Source: Prevotella sp.
Lineage (GTDB): Bacteria; Bacteroidota; Bacteroidia; Bacteroidales; Bacteroidaceae
Length of the DNA stretch: 64,000 nucleotides
NCBI GenBank assembly: GCA_045225255.1
Contig: JBGVBD010000099.1
Coordinates: 19,697 to 83,696, forward strand
Direction: 5' to 3'
Position 1 is the first letter of the stretch, and every line of letters begins with the position of its first letter. The notes beneath the pieces are model-generated. The model made no database searches. It had not been told where the DNA came from and saw only the letters and a list, made by a program, of their open reading frames with translations. Below are positions 48,914-58,591 of the stretch, piece by piece. Position numbers and translations under genes: made by a program.

Positions 48914-50620
48914 TTATTTATTGATCTTCGCCCACGTGTCTTTCAGACCGACTGTCTTATTGAAGACGAGTTGTCCGTCCTTAGAGTCTTCGTCAAGGGT
49001 GAAGTAGCCGATACGCTGGAACTGCAGGAAGTCACCTGGCTTTTTCTCTTTCAGGTATTGCTCCACGTAACAGTTCTTCAGAACAGTCAGAGATTCCGGA
49101 TTCAGTAGTTCACGGAAGTCACGCTCATCGGCACCAGGATTCTCTACAGAGAACAGACGGTCGTAGAGACGTACCTCTGCGGGCAGACAATGCTGGGTGC
49201 TCAACCAGTGCAGCGTTCCCTTTACCTTACGGTCGGCACCCGCCATACCGCTCTTGCTCTCAGGATCGTACTCTGCATAGATTTCCTCAATCTCACCGGC
49301 ATCGTTCTTCTTACAACCAGTACACATGATGATATAGGCATTCTTCAGTCGTACTTCCTTACCGGGAGTCATACGGAAGAACTTCTTCGGAGCATCCTCC
49401 ATGAAGTCATCACGCTCTATCCATAGTTCGCGACTGAAAGTAATCTGATGCGTTCCGTCTGCCTCGTTCTCTGGGTTATTGACGGCAGTGAGTTCTTCTG
49501 TCTTACCCTCTGGATAATTGGTGATAATCAGTTTGACGGGATTCAGAACGGCAGACACACGGCATGCCTTCTTATTTAGGTCTTCACGGACAGCAGCCTC
49601 TAACAAAGCATAGTCGTTCAGGGCGTCGAACTTGGTGTAGCCGATAGAGTCGATGAAGTTGCGGATGCTCTGTGCAGAATAACCGCGACGGCGCATACCA
49701 CAGACAGTCGGCATACGGGGATCGTCCCATCCACTGACCAGTCCTTCGTCAACCAAAGCCTTCAACTTACGCTTTGACATCACCGTATATGTCAGGTTCA
49801 AGCGGTTGAACTCTATCTGACGGGGACGGTAATCCTTTTGACCATCCTTCTCCTGTAAGAAATCCACGAACTTGTCGTACAAAGGACGGTGAGGTACAAA
49901 TTCCAGTGTACAGATAGAGTGGGTGACACCCTCGAAGTAGTCGCTCTGTCCGTGAGCAAAGTCATACATCGGATAGGCATGCCACTTGGTACCTGTACGG
50001 TGATGGGGGATATGAATGATACGATAGATGATCGGATCACGGAAATGCATATTGGGGTTTGCCATGTCGAGTTTGGCACGTAATACCATCGAACCCTCTA
50101 CGGCTTCGGGGGTGTTCATCTGCTCAAACAGACGCAAGTTCTCTTCGATGGGACGGTCACGGAACGGACTGGGGCTGCCGGGTTGTGTCGGTGTACCTTT
50201 CTGTTCTGCTATCTGTTCTGAGGTTTGCTCGTCAACATAAGCGAGTCCCTTCTTAATCAGCCAAATGGCGAAGTCCCAAAGTTTCTCGAAATAGTCGGAG
50301 GCATAGTAGACGTTTCCCCATTGGAATCCGAGCCATTTGATATCGTTCATGATATTCTCCACGTATTCGGTATTCTCCTTCGTGGGGTTGGTGTCGTCGA
50401 AACGGAGGTTACAGATACCGCCAAACTTCTCTGCCACACCGAAGTCCATGCAGATGGCCTTGGCGTGTCCGATGTGTATATATCCGTTGGGTTCTGGTGG
50501 GAAACGGGTCTGTATTCTTCCGTCGTTTTTACCTGCGGCGAGGTCACCTTCCACCATTTGCTCTACGAAACTGAGGCTTTTCTTTTCTTCACCCTCAGTC
50601 AGATTCTTCTCTATTGTCAT
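48914..50620 (-). CDS. glnS: Glutamine--tRNA ligase
   Basis: TRFPPEPNGYIHIGHAKA (HIGH), YPMYDFAH, MSKRK, WDDPRMPT, FQFQRIGYF. Confidence 0.97.
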   Translation of the reverse strand: MTIEKNLTEGEEKKSLSFVEQMVEGDLAAGKNDGRIQTRFPPEPNGYIHIGHAKAICMDFGVAEKFGGICNLRFDDTNPTKENTEYVENIMNDIKWLGFQWGNVYYASDYFEKLWDFAIWLIKKGLAYVDEQTSEQIAEQKGTPTQPGSPSPFRDRPIEENLRLFEQMNTPEAVEGSMVLRAKLDMANPNMHFRDPIIYRIIHIPHHRTGTKWHAYPMYDFAHGQSDYFEGVTHSICTLEFVPHRPLYDKFVDFLQEKDGQKDYRPRQIEFNRLNLTYTVMSKRKLKALVDEGLVSGWDDPRMPTVCGMRRRGYSAQSIRNFIDSIGYTKFDALNDYALLEAAVREDLNKKACRVSAVLNPVKLIITNYPEGKTEELTAVNNPENEADGTHQITFSRELWIERDDFMEDAPKKFFRMTPGKEVRLKNAYIIMCTGCKKNDAGEIEEIYAEYDPESKSGMAGADRKVKGTLHWLSTQHCLPAEVRLYDRLFSVENPGADERDFRELLNPESLTVLKNCYVEQYLKEKKPGDFLQFQRIGYFTLDEDSKDGQLVFNKTVGLKDTWAKINK

Positions 50621-50738
50621 GATAGTCTTAAACGTTTAATTTGGGTTGCAAAGTTACATAGAAATCTTCAAATCCTGCTATTTCCGCTTGTTTTTTTAGT
50701 AGGTGGACTGAAAATATGTTATTTAACATACAAATTTA

Positions 50739-50770
50739 TTTGCACAATTGTTAAAAATACTGTACCTTTG
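50739..50770 (+). promoter_or_regulatory. Canonical sigma-A promoter with no downstream + strand ORF
   Basis: TTTG(50739-50742)-N20-TACCTTTG(50763-50770). Confidence 0.75.
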
Positions 50771-50774
50771 CAAA

Positions 50775-50860
50775 CGTTATCCTGAATACAATCTTTTTAC
50801 CTTAAAAAGGACTAATACCGATTAAGATGCTCCCTGCTGAGAAGCAAGGAGTATTTTTTT
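50775..50860 (+). ncRNA. Candidate small RNA (~85 nt)
   Basis: Lies between the orphan promoter and a + strand terminator; no credible ORF; 5' end approximate. Confidence 0.5.
50827..50860 (+). terminator. Intrinsic terminator
   Basis: ATGCTCCCTGCT-GAGA-AGCAAGGAGTAT stem running into a T7 tract. Confidence 0.8.
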
Positions 50861-51884
50861 ATTTGATACCCCTCTCGTTGAGGGCTTTCGTGTACTTGGC
50901 TGCATTCTGTAGATGTTCCGTATAGGTCTTGGCAAAGTTATGGGTGCCGGAGAAGTCTTCTTTGGCACACATATAGAGATAGTCGTGCTGTACATGATTC
51001 AGGACGGCATCGATACCTTTGATGGAAGCAACCTTAATAGGACCGGGGGGCAGTCCTTCGTGGATGTAAGTGTTATAGGGACTCTCAGTCTTAAGTTGTT
51101 TGTGATAGATTCTCTTGAGTCCGAAGTCTTTTAAAGCAAACTTGATAGTTGGGTCTGCCTGTAAGGGCATGCCTTGCTTCAGTCGGTTGATATACATGCC
51201 CGCTACCATGGGTTTCTCTGCGGTATTAGCAGTCTCCTCGTCGATGATGGAAGCAAGGGTTGCCACCTCATTCGGTGTTAGTGGTATGGCGGCGGCTTTA
51301 GCCGTTCGACTACCGTTCCAGAAGTTGTCGTGCTCTTTTTGCATGCGTTCCAGGAGTCCTTCGATACTAACGTTCCAATAGATATCGTAGGTATTGGGTA
51401 TGAACATCGCACTGATGGTGCAGGTGTCGTAGCCGTATTTCTCACAGGTTTCCTGCGAACAGAGTGCCGAGGCAATGGTGGCAGAGTCGAGCATCAGTTT
51501 CTTGCCGAGGATGGCAGCGAGTCTTTCTGTTGTACGTGCCTCGGGGATGGTGAGGTTCATGCTGGTCTGTTGTCCGTTCTTCAGTTTTCGATAGACGGTA
51601 ATGACGCCTTCACCTGGTTTGATGGCATAGCGTCCCGTTCTGATGTTCTTGCCGTAATCACCATGGCGTAGAAGTGTCTGCAGGCTTGCCATACCTACTG
51701 TTGAGGCGTTCGGTTTGATCTTGGCAATCACACTGTCTTGCGTATCGTCCCCATCTATATATATAAATAAGGTGTCACTCTTTGTCGAGACGGACGATAA
51801 AAAGAAGTAGATAATGATACCGATTATCAGAACCAATGCGATAGCGGCAGGGTAGAGATATCGTTTGGATGTTTTGATCTTCAT
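50859..51884 (-). CDS. mltG: Endolytic transglycosylase MltG
   Basis: N-terminal TM, FIPNTY, LASIIDEE, NRLKQGMPLQADPT, SPYNTY, GLPPGPI. Confidence 0.95.
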   Translation of the reverse strand: MKIKTSKRYLYPAAIALVLIIGIIIYFFLSSVSTKSDTLFIYIDGDDTQDSVIAKIKPNASTVGMASLQTLLRHGDYGKNIRTGRYAIKPGEGVITVYRKLKNGQQTSMNLTIPEARTTERLAAILGKKLMLDSATIASALCSQETCEKYGYDTCTISAMFIPNTYDIYWNVSIEGLLERMQKEHDNFWNGSRTAKAAAIPLTPNEVATLASIIDEETANTAEKPMVAGMYINRLKQGMPLQADPTIKFALKDFGLKRIYHKQLKTESPYNTYIHEGLPPGPIKVASIKGIDAVLNHVQHDYLYMCAKEDFSGTHNFAKTYTEHLQNAAKYTKALNERGIK

Positions 51885-51905
51885 ATCTTTATGATTTATT
51901 TTGGT

Positions 51906-51966
51906 GCAAAGATACAAAAAACTCTAAACTCTACACTCTACACTCTAAACTTTTTATTATCTTTGC
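51906..51966. promoter_or_regulatory. 61-bp bidirectional promoter cassette with internal heptamer array
   Basis: TATCTTTG on - strand (51907-51914) and + strand (51958-51965), flanking (ACTCTAM)x4 at 51921-51948. Confidence 0.8.
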
Positions 51967-51982
51967 ACAAAACTTGAATATT

Positions 51983-54667
51983 ATGAAACTAAAGTTTAGC
52001 ATGATATATCGTACGGCATGGGGCGAAAACCTGTATGTCTGTATGTCGTGCCATAGCCAAGACGGCACTGTCAAACAACATCATCTTATGATGCAGACCG
52101 ATGATGGCGAGATGTGGACGTTGGAGACAGCGGTCTTGGAGTCGCGCCAGCATCCCTTATCGCATATCGTCTATTTCTATCAGGTAGAGAATGCCGACGG
52201 TGACATCATCCGTCGTGAATGGGACTTAGTACCTCGCATCTATCATTTCGATTCGTCGAAGGATTATGTCTTTCCCGACCAATGGCGCGATATGCCGTTA
52301 CCTTATCATCTTTATACGAATGCTTATCAGACGACAGTACATGGACGGTTGAACGAACATGTCGATCCGATTCGTCTTCCTTTGTTCCGCCGCACTATCA
52401 CGTTCCGCGTCTCTGCCCCGCAGTTGCAGCCTGGTCAAGCGGTAGCCATCTGTGGTAGTCATCCTGCCATCGGTAGTTGGAACACGTCGCGCTATCTGCG
52501 AATGGAGTATGCAGGACAACAGGAATGGATGCTGACTGTCAATGCCCTTGGTATGACATTCCCATTGGAATACAAATACGTCGTGGTGGATGACGAGACG
52601 CATGCTTTCATCTGTTGGGAAGAGGGTGACAATAGAATCATAGATAACAGCCAACAGCCAATAGCCAATAGCCAAGAACTTGTTAGTGACGGACAAGTGC
52701 TGGTGCTCTATGGAGACCCGTTGAGGCTCCGAGAACAACTCTGGCGTGCTGCTGGCGTAGCAGTACCTGTTTTCTCGTTGCGCAGTGAGCATTCCTATGG
52801 CGTGGGTGACTTCGGTGACTTGCGTCGACTGGTAGACTGGGCGGTACTGACGGGTATGAAGGTGATTCAAGTGCTTCCCGTCAACGATACTACCGTTAGT
52901 CACGGTTGGCAGGATTCCTATCCGTATAACATCATCAGTACCCTCGCTCTTCATCCGCATTACATCGACTTAGAGGCTGCCGGCACGTTGAAGTCGAAGC
53001 AGAAGATGACGATATTCCGCCGCCGCCAGCAGGAACTCAACGCATTGCCGTATAGCGACTATGAGGCTGTCGACCGTGTGAAGAGCGAATATCTGCAACT
53101 GCTTTTTGAAGAGAAGGGCAAGACAGTCATGGATTCTAAAGAGTTTAAACAGTGGTATGCTGATAATGAGGATTGGCTAAAACCCTATGCTGAATATATG
53201 TCCCCTAACTTAGGGGGCTTTATCTACTTCATTCAGTACCTTCTTCATTTCCAACTGAAAGCGGCTGCCGACTATGCGCGCTCGAAGGGTGTGGTATTAA
53301 AGGGTGACTTGCCGATTGGCGTCAATCGGGAAAGTGTGGAAACAAAGGAGCATCCCGAACTCTTCCATCTCGACTCACAGACGGGAGCACCGCCTGACGC
53401 GTTCACCGCACAAGGACAGAACTGGGGATTCCCCACCTACAATTGGGATAGCCCTGTCCACTCACCTCTCACCTCTAACCCCTCAAAGGCTACGGGTAGG
53501 CGCGTTAGCGGGAATCCTCTCATCGACTGGTTTCGAAAGCGTCTTCGCCACATGGAGCAGTATTTTGATGCACTGCGCATCGACCATGTATTGGGCTTCT
53601 TCCGCATCTGGGAGATTCCCGAGGATGCCATTTATGGACTCTTGGGACATTTCTCGCCAGCCTTGCCGTTGACGGTGGCAGAGATAGAGTATTTCGGACT
53701 ATCGTTCCGCAAGGAATTATTCACGCGTCCTTTCATCAACGACCGGCTCATCGACCGTCTCTTCGGTATCCATGCGCAGTATGTGCGTGACCATTTCCTC
53801 GTTCGCAAGGCGTACAACCTCTACGACTTGAAGTCCGACTACGACACGCAACGCAAGGTGGCGACCTACTTTGCCGACCGTCGTGACGAGAGCAGCCTGT
53901 GGATTCGCGACGGACTGATGCGCTTGCTCTGTGACGTACTCTTTGTAGAAGATCCTCGCCAGGCAGAGATGTTCCATCCGCGTATCGGTGTCATTAATGA
54001 ACCTATCTTCGAGGCACTGAGTAGTGAGGACAAGGATGCCTTCCTTCGTCTGTATAACAACTATTTCTATCAGCGCCATTCGATGTTCTGGGGACAGCAG
54101 GCGTTGAAGCGACTGCCTGCTATTCTGAAGGATAGTCGATTGTTGGTATGTGCCGAAGACCTTGGAATGTTGCCTGATTGTGTGGAACCCGTACTCGACC
54201 AGTTGCGTATCCTCACACTTGAGATTCAGCAGATGCCGAAACAACAAGGCTTCGAGTTCGCCCATCTGGAAGCGAATCCGTATCGCTCCGTCTGCACTAT
54301 CACTACCCATGATATGTCGCCCCTGCGCCTGTGGTGGCAGGAGAATCCTGAACGCCGTCAGCGTTACTATGTCACAATGCTACAGAAGGAAGGACGTGCC
54401 CCTGAGCAGTTGCCCGCCCATCTCGCTGAGGAGATTATTGCCCGTCACCTGTATTGTCCGTCAATGCTCTGCATCCTTTCATTGCAAGATTGGTTGGCAA
54501 TGGATGGTGAGTTACGCTCTAAGCATCCGCAGGACGAGCGCATCAACGTACCGAGTGACCCCTTCAACCGTTGGAAGTGGCGCATGCACCTCACCATCGA
54601 GCAACTTCTCGCCGCTGAGCGCTATAACAACAAACTGCGCACGATGATCGTGCGCAGTAAGCGGTAG
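51983..54667 (+). CDS. malQ: 4-alpha-glucanotransferase (GH77, two N-terminal CBM20-like domains)
   Basis: GVAVPVFSLRS, QVLPVND, KGDLPIG, GQNWGFPTYNW, RIDHVLGFFRIW, CAEDLG, TTHD, ERINVP. Confidence 0.95.
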   Translation: MKLKFSMIYRTAWGENLYVCMSCHSQDGTVKQHHLMMQTDDGEMWTLETAVLESRQHPLSHIVYFYQVENADGDIIRREWDLVPRIYHFDSSKDYVFPDQWRDMPLPYHLYTNAYQTTVHGRLNEHVDPIRLPLFRRTITFRVSAPQLQPGQAVAICGSHPAIGSWNTSRYLRMEYAGQQEWMLTVNALGMTFPLEYKYVVVDDETHAFICWEEGDNRIIDNSQQPIANSQELVSDGQVLVLYGDPLRLREQLWRAAGVAVPVFSLRSEHSYGVGDFGDLRRLVDWAVLTGMKVIQVLPVNDTTVSHGWQDSYPYNIISTLALHPHYIDLEAAGTLKSKQKMTIFRRRQQELNALPYSDYEAVDRVKSEYLQLLFEEKGKTVMDSKEFKQWYADNEDWLKPYAEYMSPNLGGFIYFIQYLLHFQLKAAADYARSKGVVLKGDLPIGVNRESVETKEHPELFHLDSQTGAPPDAFTAQGQNWGFPTYNWDSPVHSPLTSNPSKATGRRVSGNPLIDWFRKRLRHMEQYFDALRIDHVLGFFRIWEIPEDAIYGLLGHFSPALPLTVAEIEYFGLSFRKELFTRPFINDRLIDRLFGIHAQYVRDHFLVRKAYNLYDLKSDYDTQRKVATYFADRRDESSLWIRDGLMRLLCDVLFVEDPRQAEMFHPRIGVINEPIFEALSSEDKDAFLRLYNNYFYQRHSMFWGQQALKRLPAILKDSRLLVCAEDLGMLPDCVEPVLDQLRILTLEIQQMPKQQGFEFAHLEANPYRSVCTITTHDMSPLRLWWQENPERRQRYYVTMLQKEGRAPEQLPAHLAEEIIARHLYCPSMLCILSLQDWLAMDGELRSKHPQDERINVPSDPFNRWKWRMHLTIEQLLAAERYNNKLRTMIVRSKR
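52646..52675. repeat. Heptamer (AAYAGCC)x4 inside malQ
   Basis: Read directly; encodes NSQQPIANSQ. Confidence 0.92.
53459..53486. repeat. Degenerate heptamer (CTCTCAC-like)x4 inside malQ
   Basis: CACTCAC CTCTCAC CTCTAAC CCCTCAA; encodes HSPLTSNPS. Confidence 0.75.
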
Positions 54668-54697
54668 GCTGTGATACCCTTTTCTTGTCAACGGGGG

Positions 54698-56242
54698 TTA
54701 TTTAATCAAGACCTTTTTCCCGTTCTGGATATACACGCCTTTCTTCGGATTGAGAACACGGTGGCCCTGCAGGTCGTAGTACTTCAATCCTTCAACTTTT
54801 GAATTCTTCAATTCTTCAATTCCCGAAGGATCGCTGCCGTAATATTCTTCCCAATCTGTTCCGTTGAAATACCATGCCCCCCATCCTTTCGCGCTAGCAG
54901 CAGCCACTTGTGTCGTCGTCATTATATTGCCCTCGTTCTCGTTATAAATAACAAACAATCCACCAGACCACCCATCCGTAATATCTGGCAGACTCTCTAT
55001 AAGGGCATCCATGGCACGACCCTTGATCTGGTTCTTGTAGAAACTCAATTCACCCAATGACGTATTCTTCGAAAAGTCGAGTGATGTCAGTCGGTTGTCT
55101 TCACAGTACAAAATACCCAGTTCCGTATTTACATTGAGCGATGTCAACTGATTGCTACCGCAGTACAACCATCTCAGTGCCGTATTCTTCGTTACGTCAA
55201 GTGAGGTTAACTGGTTGTTGCGGCAGTCCACCCCTATCAGTGCCGTGTTCTTTGATATGTCGAGCGAGGTCAACGGGATCTCCTTACAGTACAAATATTC
55301 CAGTGCAGTATTCTTCGATACGTCAAATGAAGTCAGTGGGTTATTCCCACAGTCCAGATATGTCAATGCCGTATTTTTCGATAAGTCGAATGTGGTCAGC
55401 TGGTTATGGTCGCAGGACAAACTTGTCAGCGCTGTGTTCTTCGTCACGTCAAGCGACGTCAATTGGTTATAGAAACAGTCTAGCCCCCTCAGTACTGTGT
55501 TCTTCGTTACGTCGAGCGAGGTCAACTGGTTGTCGTGGCAGGACAATATTTCCAAAGCTAAATTCTTCGATACGTCAAGCGACGCCAGCGAGTTGCTGTG
55601 GCAGATCAAAAAATACAAACTCGTGTTCTTCGTCACGTCAAGCGAGGTCAGTTTGTTTCCGTAACATTCCAATTCATTCAACTCCGTATTCTTCGTCACG
55701 TCAAGCGAGGTCAACTGGTTTTCGTTGCATTTCAGATATTTTAATGCTGTGTTCTTCGATACGTCGAGCGATGTCAGTTGATTGCCATTGCATTCCAACC
55801 ATGTCAGCTTTGTATTCTTCGATACGTCAAGTGATGTCAGATTATTTTCACTGCATACAAAATCTGTCAACTTTGTATTCTTCGATACGTCAAGCGATGT
55901 TAGTTTGTTTGCTCCGCAGGACAATACTTTCAGTGCCGTGTTCTTCGATACATCCAGCGATGTCAGTTGATTGCCAATGCAGTACAAGTTTTCCAATGCA
56001 GTAAAAAACTCAATACCTTTCAGATTGAAAATCCACTGAGATGATACATCGATTGATGTTGTCTCCGCAATCTTCGCATCGGTAATCACACCATCGTCAT
56101 TGCCATAGTACTGACTAATCAAGTTGCGGAAATTCTCATCAGGGAAGTGAGCCTCGTCAATAGGGATGTCAGCCCATGCGACAATCACTGACAGGCATGC
56201 CATGATGCCTATCAGAATTATTTTCCTTATATTCGTTTTCAT
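54698..56242 (-). CDS. Secreted leucine-rich repeat protein (21-aa Cys-containing LRRs) with Prevotella-type T9SS C-terminal tail
   Basis: Signal peptide, FPDENFR cap, ~15 LTSLDVSKNTALxxLxCxxNQ units, SGIEE...YYDLQGHRV...KGVYIQNGKKVLIK. Confidence 0.9.
   Translation of the reverse strand: MKTNIRKIILIGIMACLSVIVAWADIPIDEAHFPDENFRNLISQYYGNDDGVITDAKIAETTSIDVSSQWIFNLKGIEFFTALENLYCIGNQLTSLDVSKNTALKVLSCGANKLTSLDVSKNTKLTDFVCSENNLTSLDVSKNTKLTWLECNGNQLTSLDVSKNTALKYLKCNENQLTSLDVTKNTELNELECYGNKLTSLDVTKNTSLYFLICHSNSLASLDVSKNLALEILSCHDNQLTSLDVTKNTVLRGLDCFYNQLTSLDVTKNTALTSLSCDHNQLTTFDLSKNTALTYLDCGNNPLTSFDVSKNTALEYLYCKEIPLTSLDISKNTALIGVDCRNNQLTSLDVTKNTALRWLYCGSNQLTSLNVNTELGILYCEDNRLTSLDFSKNTSLGELSFYKNQIKGRAMDALIESLPDITDGWSGGLFVIYNENEGNIMTTTQVAAASAKGWGAWYFNGTDWEEYYGSDPSGIEELKNSKVEGLKYYDLQGHRVLNPKKGVYIQNGKKVLIK
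54782..54821. repeat. Degenerate octamer (CTTCAATT-like)x5 in the CTD linker
   Basis: CTTCAATC CTTCAACT TTTGAATT CTTCAATT CTTCAATT. Confidence 0.7.
55028..55966 (-). repeat. 63-bp coding tandem repeats (LRR array)
   Basis: Recurrent TTCTTCGATACGTCAAGCGA-like cores every 63 bp; one unit is 2 aa shorter. Confidence 0.9.
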
Positions 56243-56262
56243 ATGCGTATTATTTTAAGTGT

Positions 56263-58587
56263 TTAATAGTTTCTATATCCTGTTAAGTTGGCAACATTCG
56301 ATTCTTTGAGGTGCGTCCTTTCCTCGTGATTGATGGGGGCAATGTTGGCGTTATAGTCGATCTGTTGGGTGTATGTCGCCTGCTGCTCCCTGTAGTCCTT
56401 GTATTCCATTGTTGGCGAGTTAGTGAGCAACCCGTTGATGGTGATGCTGCCGCTAAACGTCATAGAGCCGTTTCCTGTGTTATGTGATGTGTATCCGTCA
56501 GTCTTAGTGGTCTTGTCGTAGTCAAGGTCACCACTTACTTTCCAAGTAAAGGTAATACTGTTGTTTGTGACAGATAAACTATGATCATCCATCTCACAAC
56601 GCCATCCATCCTGATAGCGCTTTCCATCGACGGGATGTCCCAAGAAAGGAATGATTGCCTTTTCTGCGTCTGAGAGATCGACAGTTACCGTTTCTCCGTC
56701 TCCATATGGAAATACCAGGTTGACATGGTCACCGTCCCTCGTCAGTCCGAAGATGATGGGGCCTGTATCATTCTCTTGCCTTGTTGTCTCCTCTCCGTCG
56801 AGCCAATGGGTATAGTTTTCAGTACTTTCCATGTCACCCTCGAAAATAAAGTCGGCATCAATGTCGGGGATGACGTACTCACCATCCTGGTAGACGTAAA
56901 CAGTGAAGTCCTCGCTCTTTCCGTTGCTGTAGGTTACTGAGATAATGATCTTTCCCTCTCGCTCATTTTCGGTCTCGCCTACGCTAATCGTGAAGCCATC
57001 AGATGCCTTCTTGACGGTAGTCCATGACGGTTTATCGCTAATATTCCATTCAATACCCTTACTTGCCTCGACTTTCACAAATTCTTCGCCGCCATCGACA
57101 TCAAACTCCACTTCGGTGGTAGAGAGTTTGAATCTTTCTTTTTCTGTAGTGAATATAACGGTTTTGCTCAGAAAGTACCCCGAGGCTGACGAGAGGCGAG
57201 CATATACCTTATATTGGCTATTTGGTTTAAGGTCGCTGATGCGTGTTGTCTGCAAGTCCCATGATTCAATGAATCGTTCGCCATCTGGTCCTTTGAGTAG
57301 ATATCCCATCTGGACGATGGATGCACCGGGGTATATCTCCTTATAACTGCCACTCAAGGTAACTGCCGTAGAGGTGATATCGGAAACCTTCACTTCCACG
57401 TGATAGTTGGGTTGCTTGGTAAGGTCGGGAATCGGCATGGTCAGCAGGCGCTGCCTTTGGTTCCATGTGTTTCTGATGGCTTCCTCCGCTTTCGGATTTG
57501 TCGTTCCCATGTAGATAGGGAAGCCTTCCTCTCTCTCATCCTTTTTCTTGTTTCCCCATTTCCATATATCATCCCAGGGTAGATCAGTTTTGTTTACGAT
57601 GATGCTGAGCAGGTCCTTGATGATTCCCGCATTGTTATTGTCACCGATGAGCGATTTCAGAACAGATTTTTCTCCTATGTCAACCAGTTCCTCTCCTAAG
57701 TCACTCATGTCGCCTACGGTTGTTTCGCCATTCGCTACACCATACCAATACTTGGAACTCGAATCGAACATCTTCGACTGCATGCCCACGATGTCCGACG
57801 CCTTCGCGTCACCGTTTTTAAATCCTTTTTCTAAAACGCCTGCCATTTTCCCGAAAGGCGATATGTTTTTTGAGTAATACCCGTATACATCACCCAAATA
57901 ATTGCCAGCGATTTGTTCGGCTGACCTGAAAGATTGTGCCTGTCTTTGAGCCCTTTGGGGTGCATGATGGTAGCCTATGATAGCGTCACTAATGAGACAG
58001 ATGGAGTCACATACAATTGAGTGATCTTCCTCGTCTTCATGGACTACTCCAGTGGCTATCTGGTCCCCATGGTCTTGAAGGCAAATGATATTATCGCCCG
58101 CTTTATCGTTAACGGGGTCATAAGGTGTAATCAGGACTCCGTCATTTGTAGGACACATGAGAAGAGAAAGGTGGCTTGCGAAGTCAAGCATCAGGACGGC
58201 ATTCTCTCCTTTGTCGTTTACAATGGTAATTGTTGCACCATCTTTCGACATCGTTACCAGATTGGCCTCGTCGCCCCATTCCTTATTGTCGGGGTTTGAA
58301 AAGATGTAATTCCCTTCAACCTTGTTGGATTTCTGTGTCATGATCAACTTGGCAAGTTCCTCGACATCATTTCTGTCCACGATACCGTCCTTGTTCATGT
58401 CGGCATTTTCCATGTTGAATGTCGACGACTCCTTCCCGTTGATGGCGCCAATCATCTCGACGAGATCCGCTGCATTGATGATGCCGTCGCCATTCACGTC
58501 ACCTTTCAAGTTGCTCTGTGCGTTAGCCGTAAGCGGCAACAGAGATAGGAAAATGAAGGATAGTATGTTTATAATATGCTTTTTCAT
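56263..58587 (-). CDS. Secreted protein with N-terminal type I dockerin, FN3-like and BACON-like domains
   Basis: Signal peptide; KGDVNGDGIINAADL...NADMNKDGIVDRNDV duplicated Ca-binding loops; ISDLKPNSQYKVYA; WNISDKPSW...NEREGKI...VYQ. Confidence 0.8.
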   Translation of the reverse strand: MKKHIINILSFIFLSLLPLTANAQSNLKGDVNGDGIINAADLVEMIGAINGKESSTFNMENADMNKDGIVDRNDVEELAKLIMTQKSNKVEGNYIFSNPDNKEWGDEANLVTMSKDGATITIVNDKGENAVLMLDFASHLSLLMCPTNDGVLITPYDPVNDKAGDNIICLQDHGDQIATGVVHEDEEDHSIVCDSICLISDAIIGYHHAPQRAQRQAQSFRSAEQIAGNYLGDVYGYYSKNISPFGKMAGVLEKGFKNGDAKASDIVGMQSKMFDSSSKYWYGVANGETTVGDMSDLGEELVDIGEKSVLKSLIGDNNNAGIIKDLLSIIVNKTDLPWDDIWKWGNKKKDEREEGFPIYMGTTNPKAEEAIRNTWNQRQRLLTMPIPDLTKQPNYHVEVKVSDITSTAVTLSGSYKEIYPGASIVQMGYLLKGPDGERFIESWDLQTTRISDLKPNSQYKVYARLSSASGYFLSKTVIFTTEKERFKLSTTEVEFDVDGGEEFVKVEASKGIEWNISDKPSWTTVKKASDGFTISVGETENEREGKIIISVTYSNGKSEDFTVYVYQDGEYVIPDIDADFIFEGDMESTENYTHWLDGEETTRQENDTGPIIFGLTRDGDHVNLVFPYGDGETVTVDLSDAEKAIIPFLGHPVDGKRYQDGWRCEMDDHSLSVTNNSITFTWKVSGDLDYDKTTKTDGYTSHNTGNGSMTFSGSITINGLLTNSPTMEYKDYREQQATYTQQIDYNANIAPINHEERTHLKESNVANLTGYRNY

Positions 58588-58591
58588 GTCA

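Noticed and set aside
52298-54310. Long - strand ORFs (220 and 197 aa) within malQ
   Set aside because: Antisense shadows of a well-supported gene.
54670-54697. Terminator between malQ and the LRR gene
   Set aside because: Only a weak, mismatched stem and no clear U tract.
55141-56004. 287-aa + strand repetitive ORF (SSIRQ repeats)
   Set aside because: Antisense reflection of the 63-bp LRR repeats.
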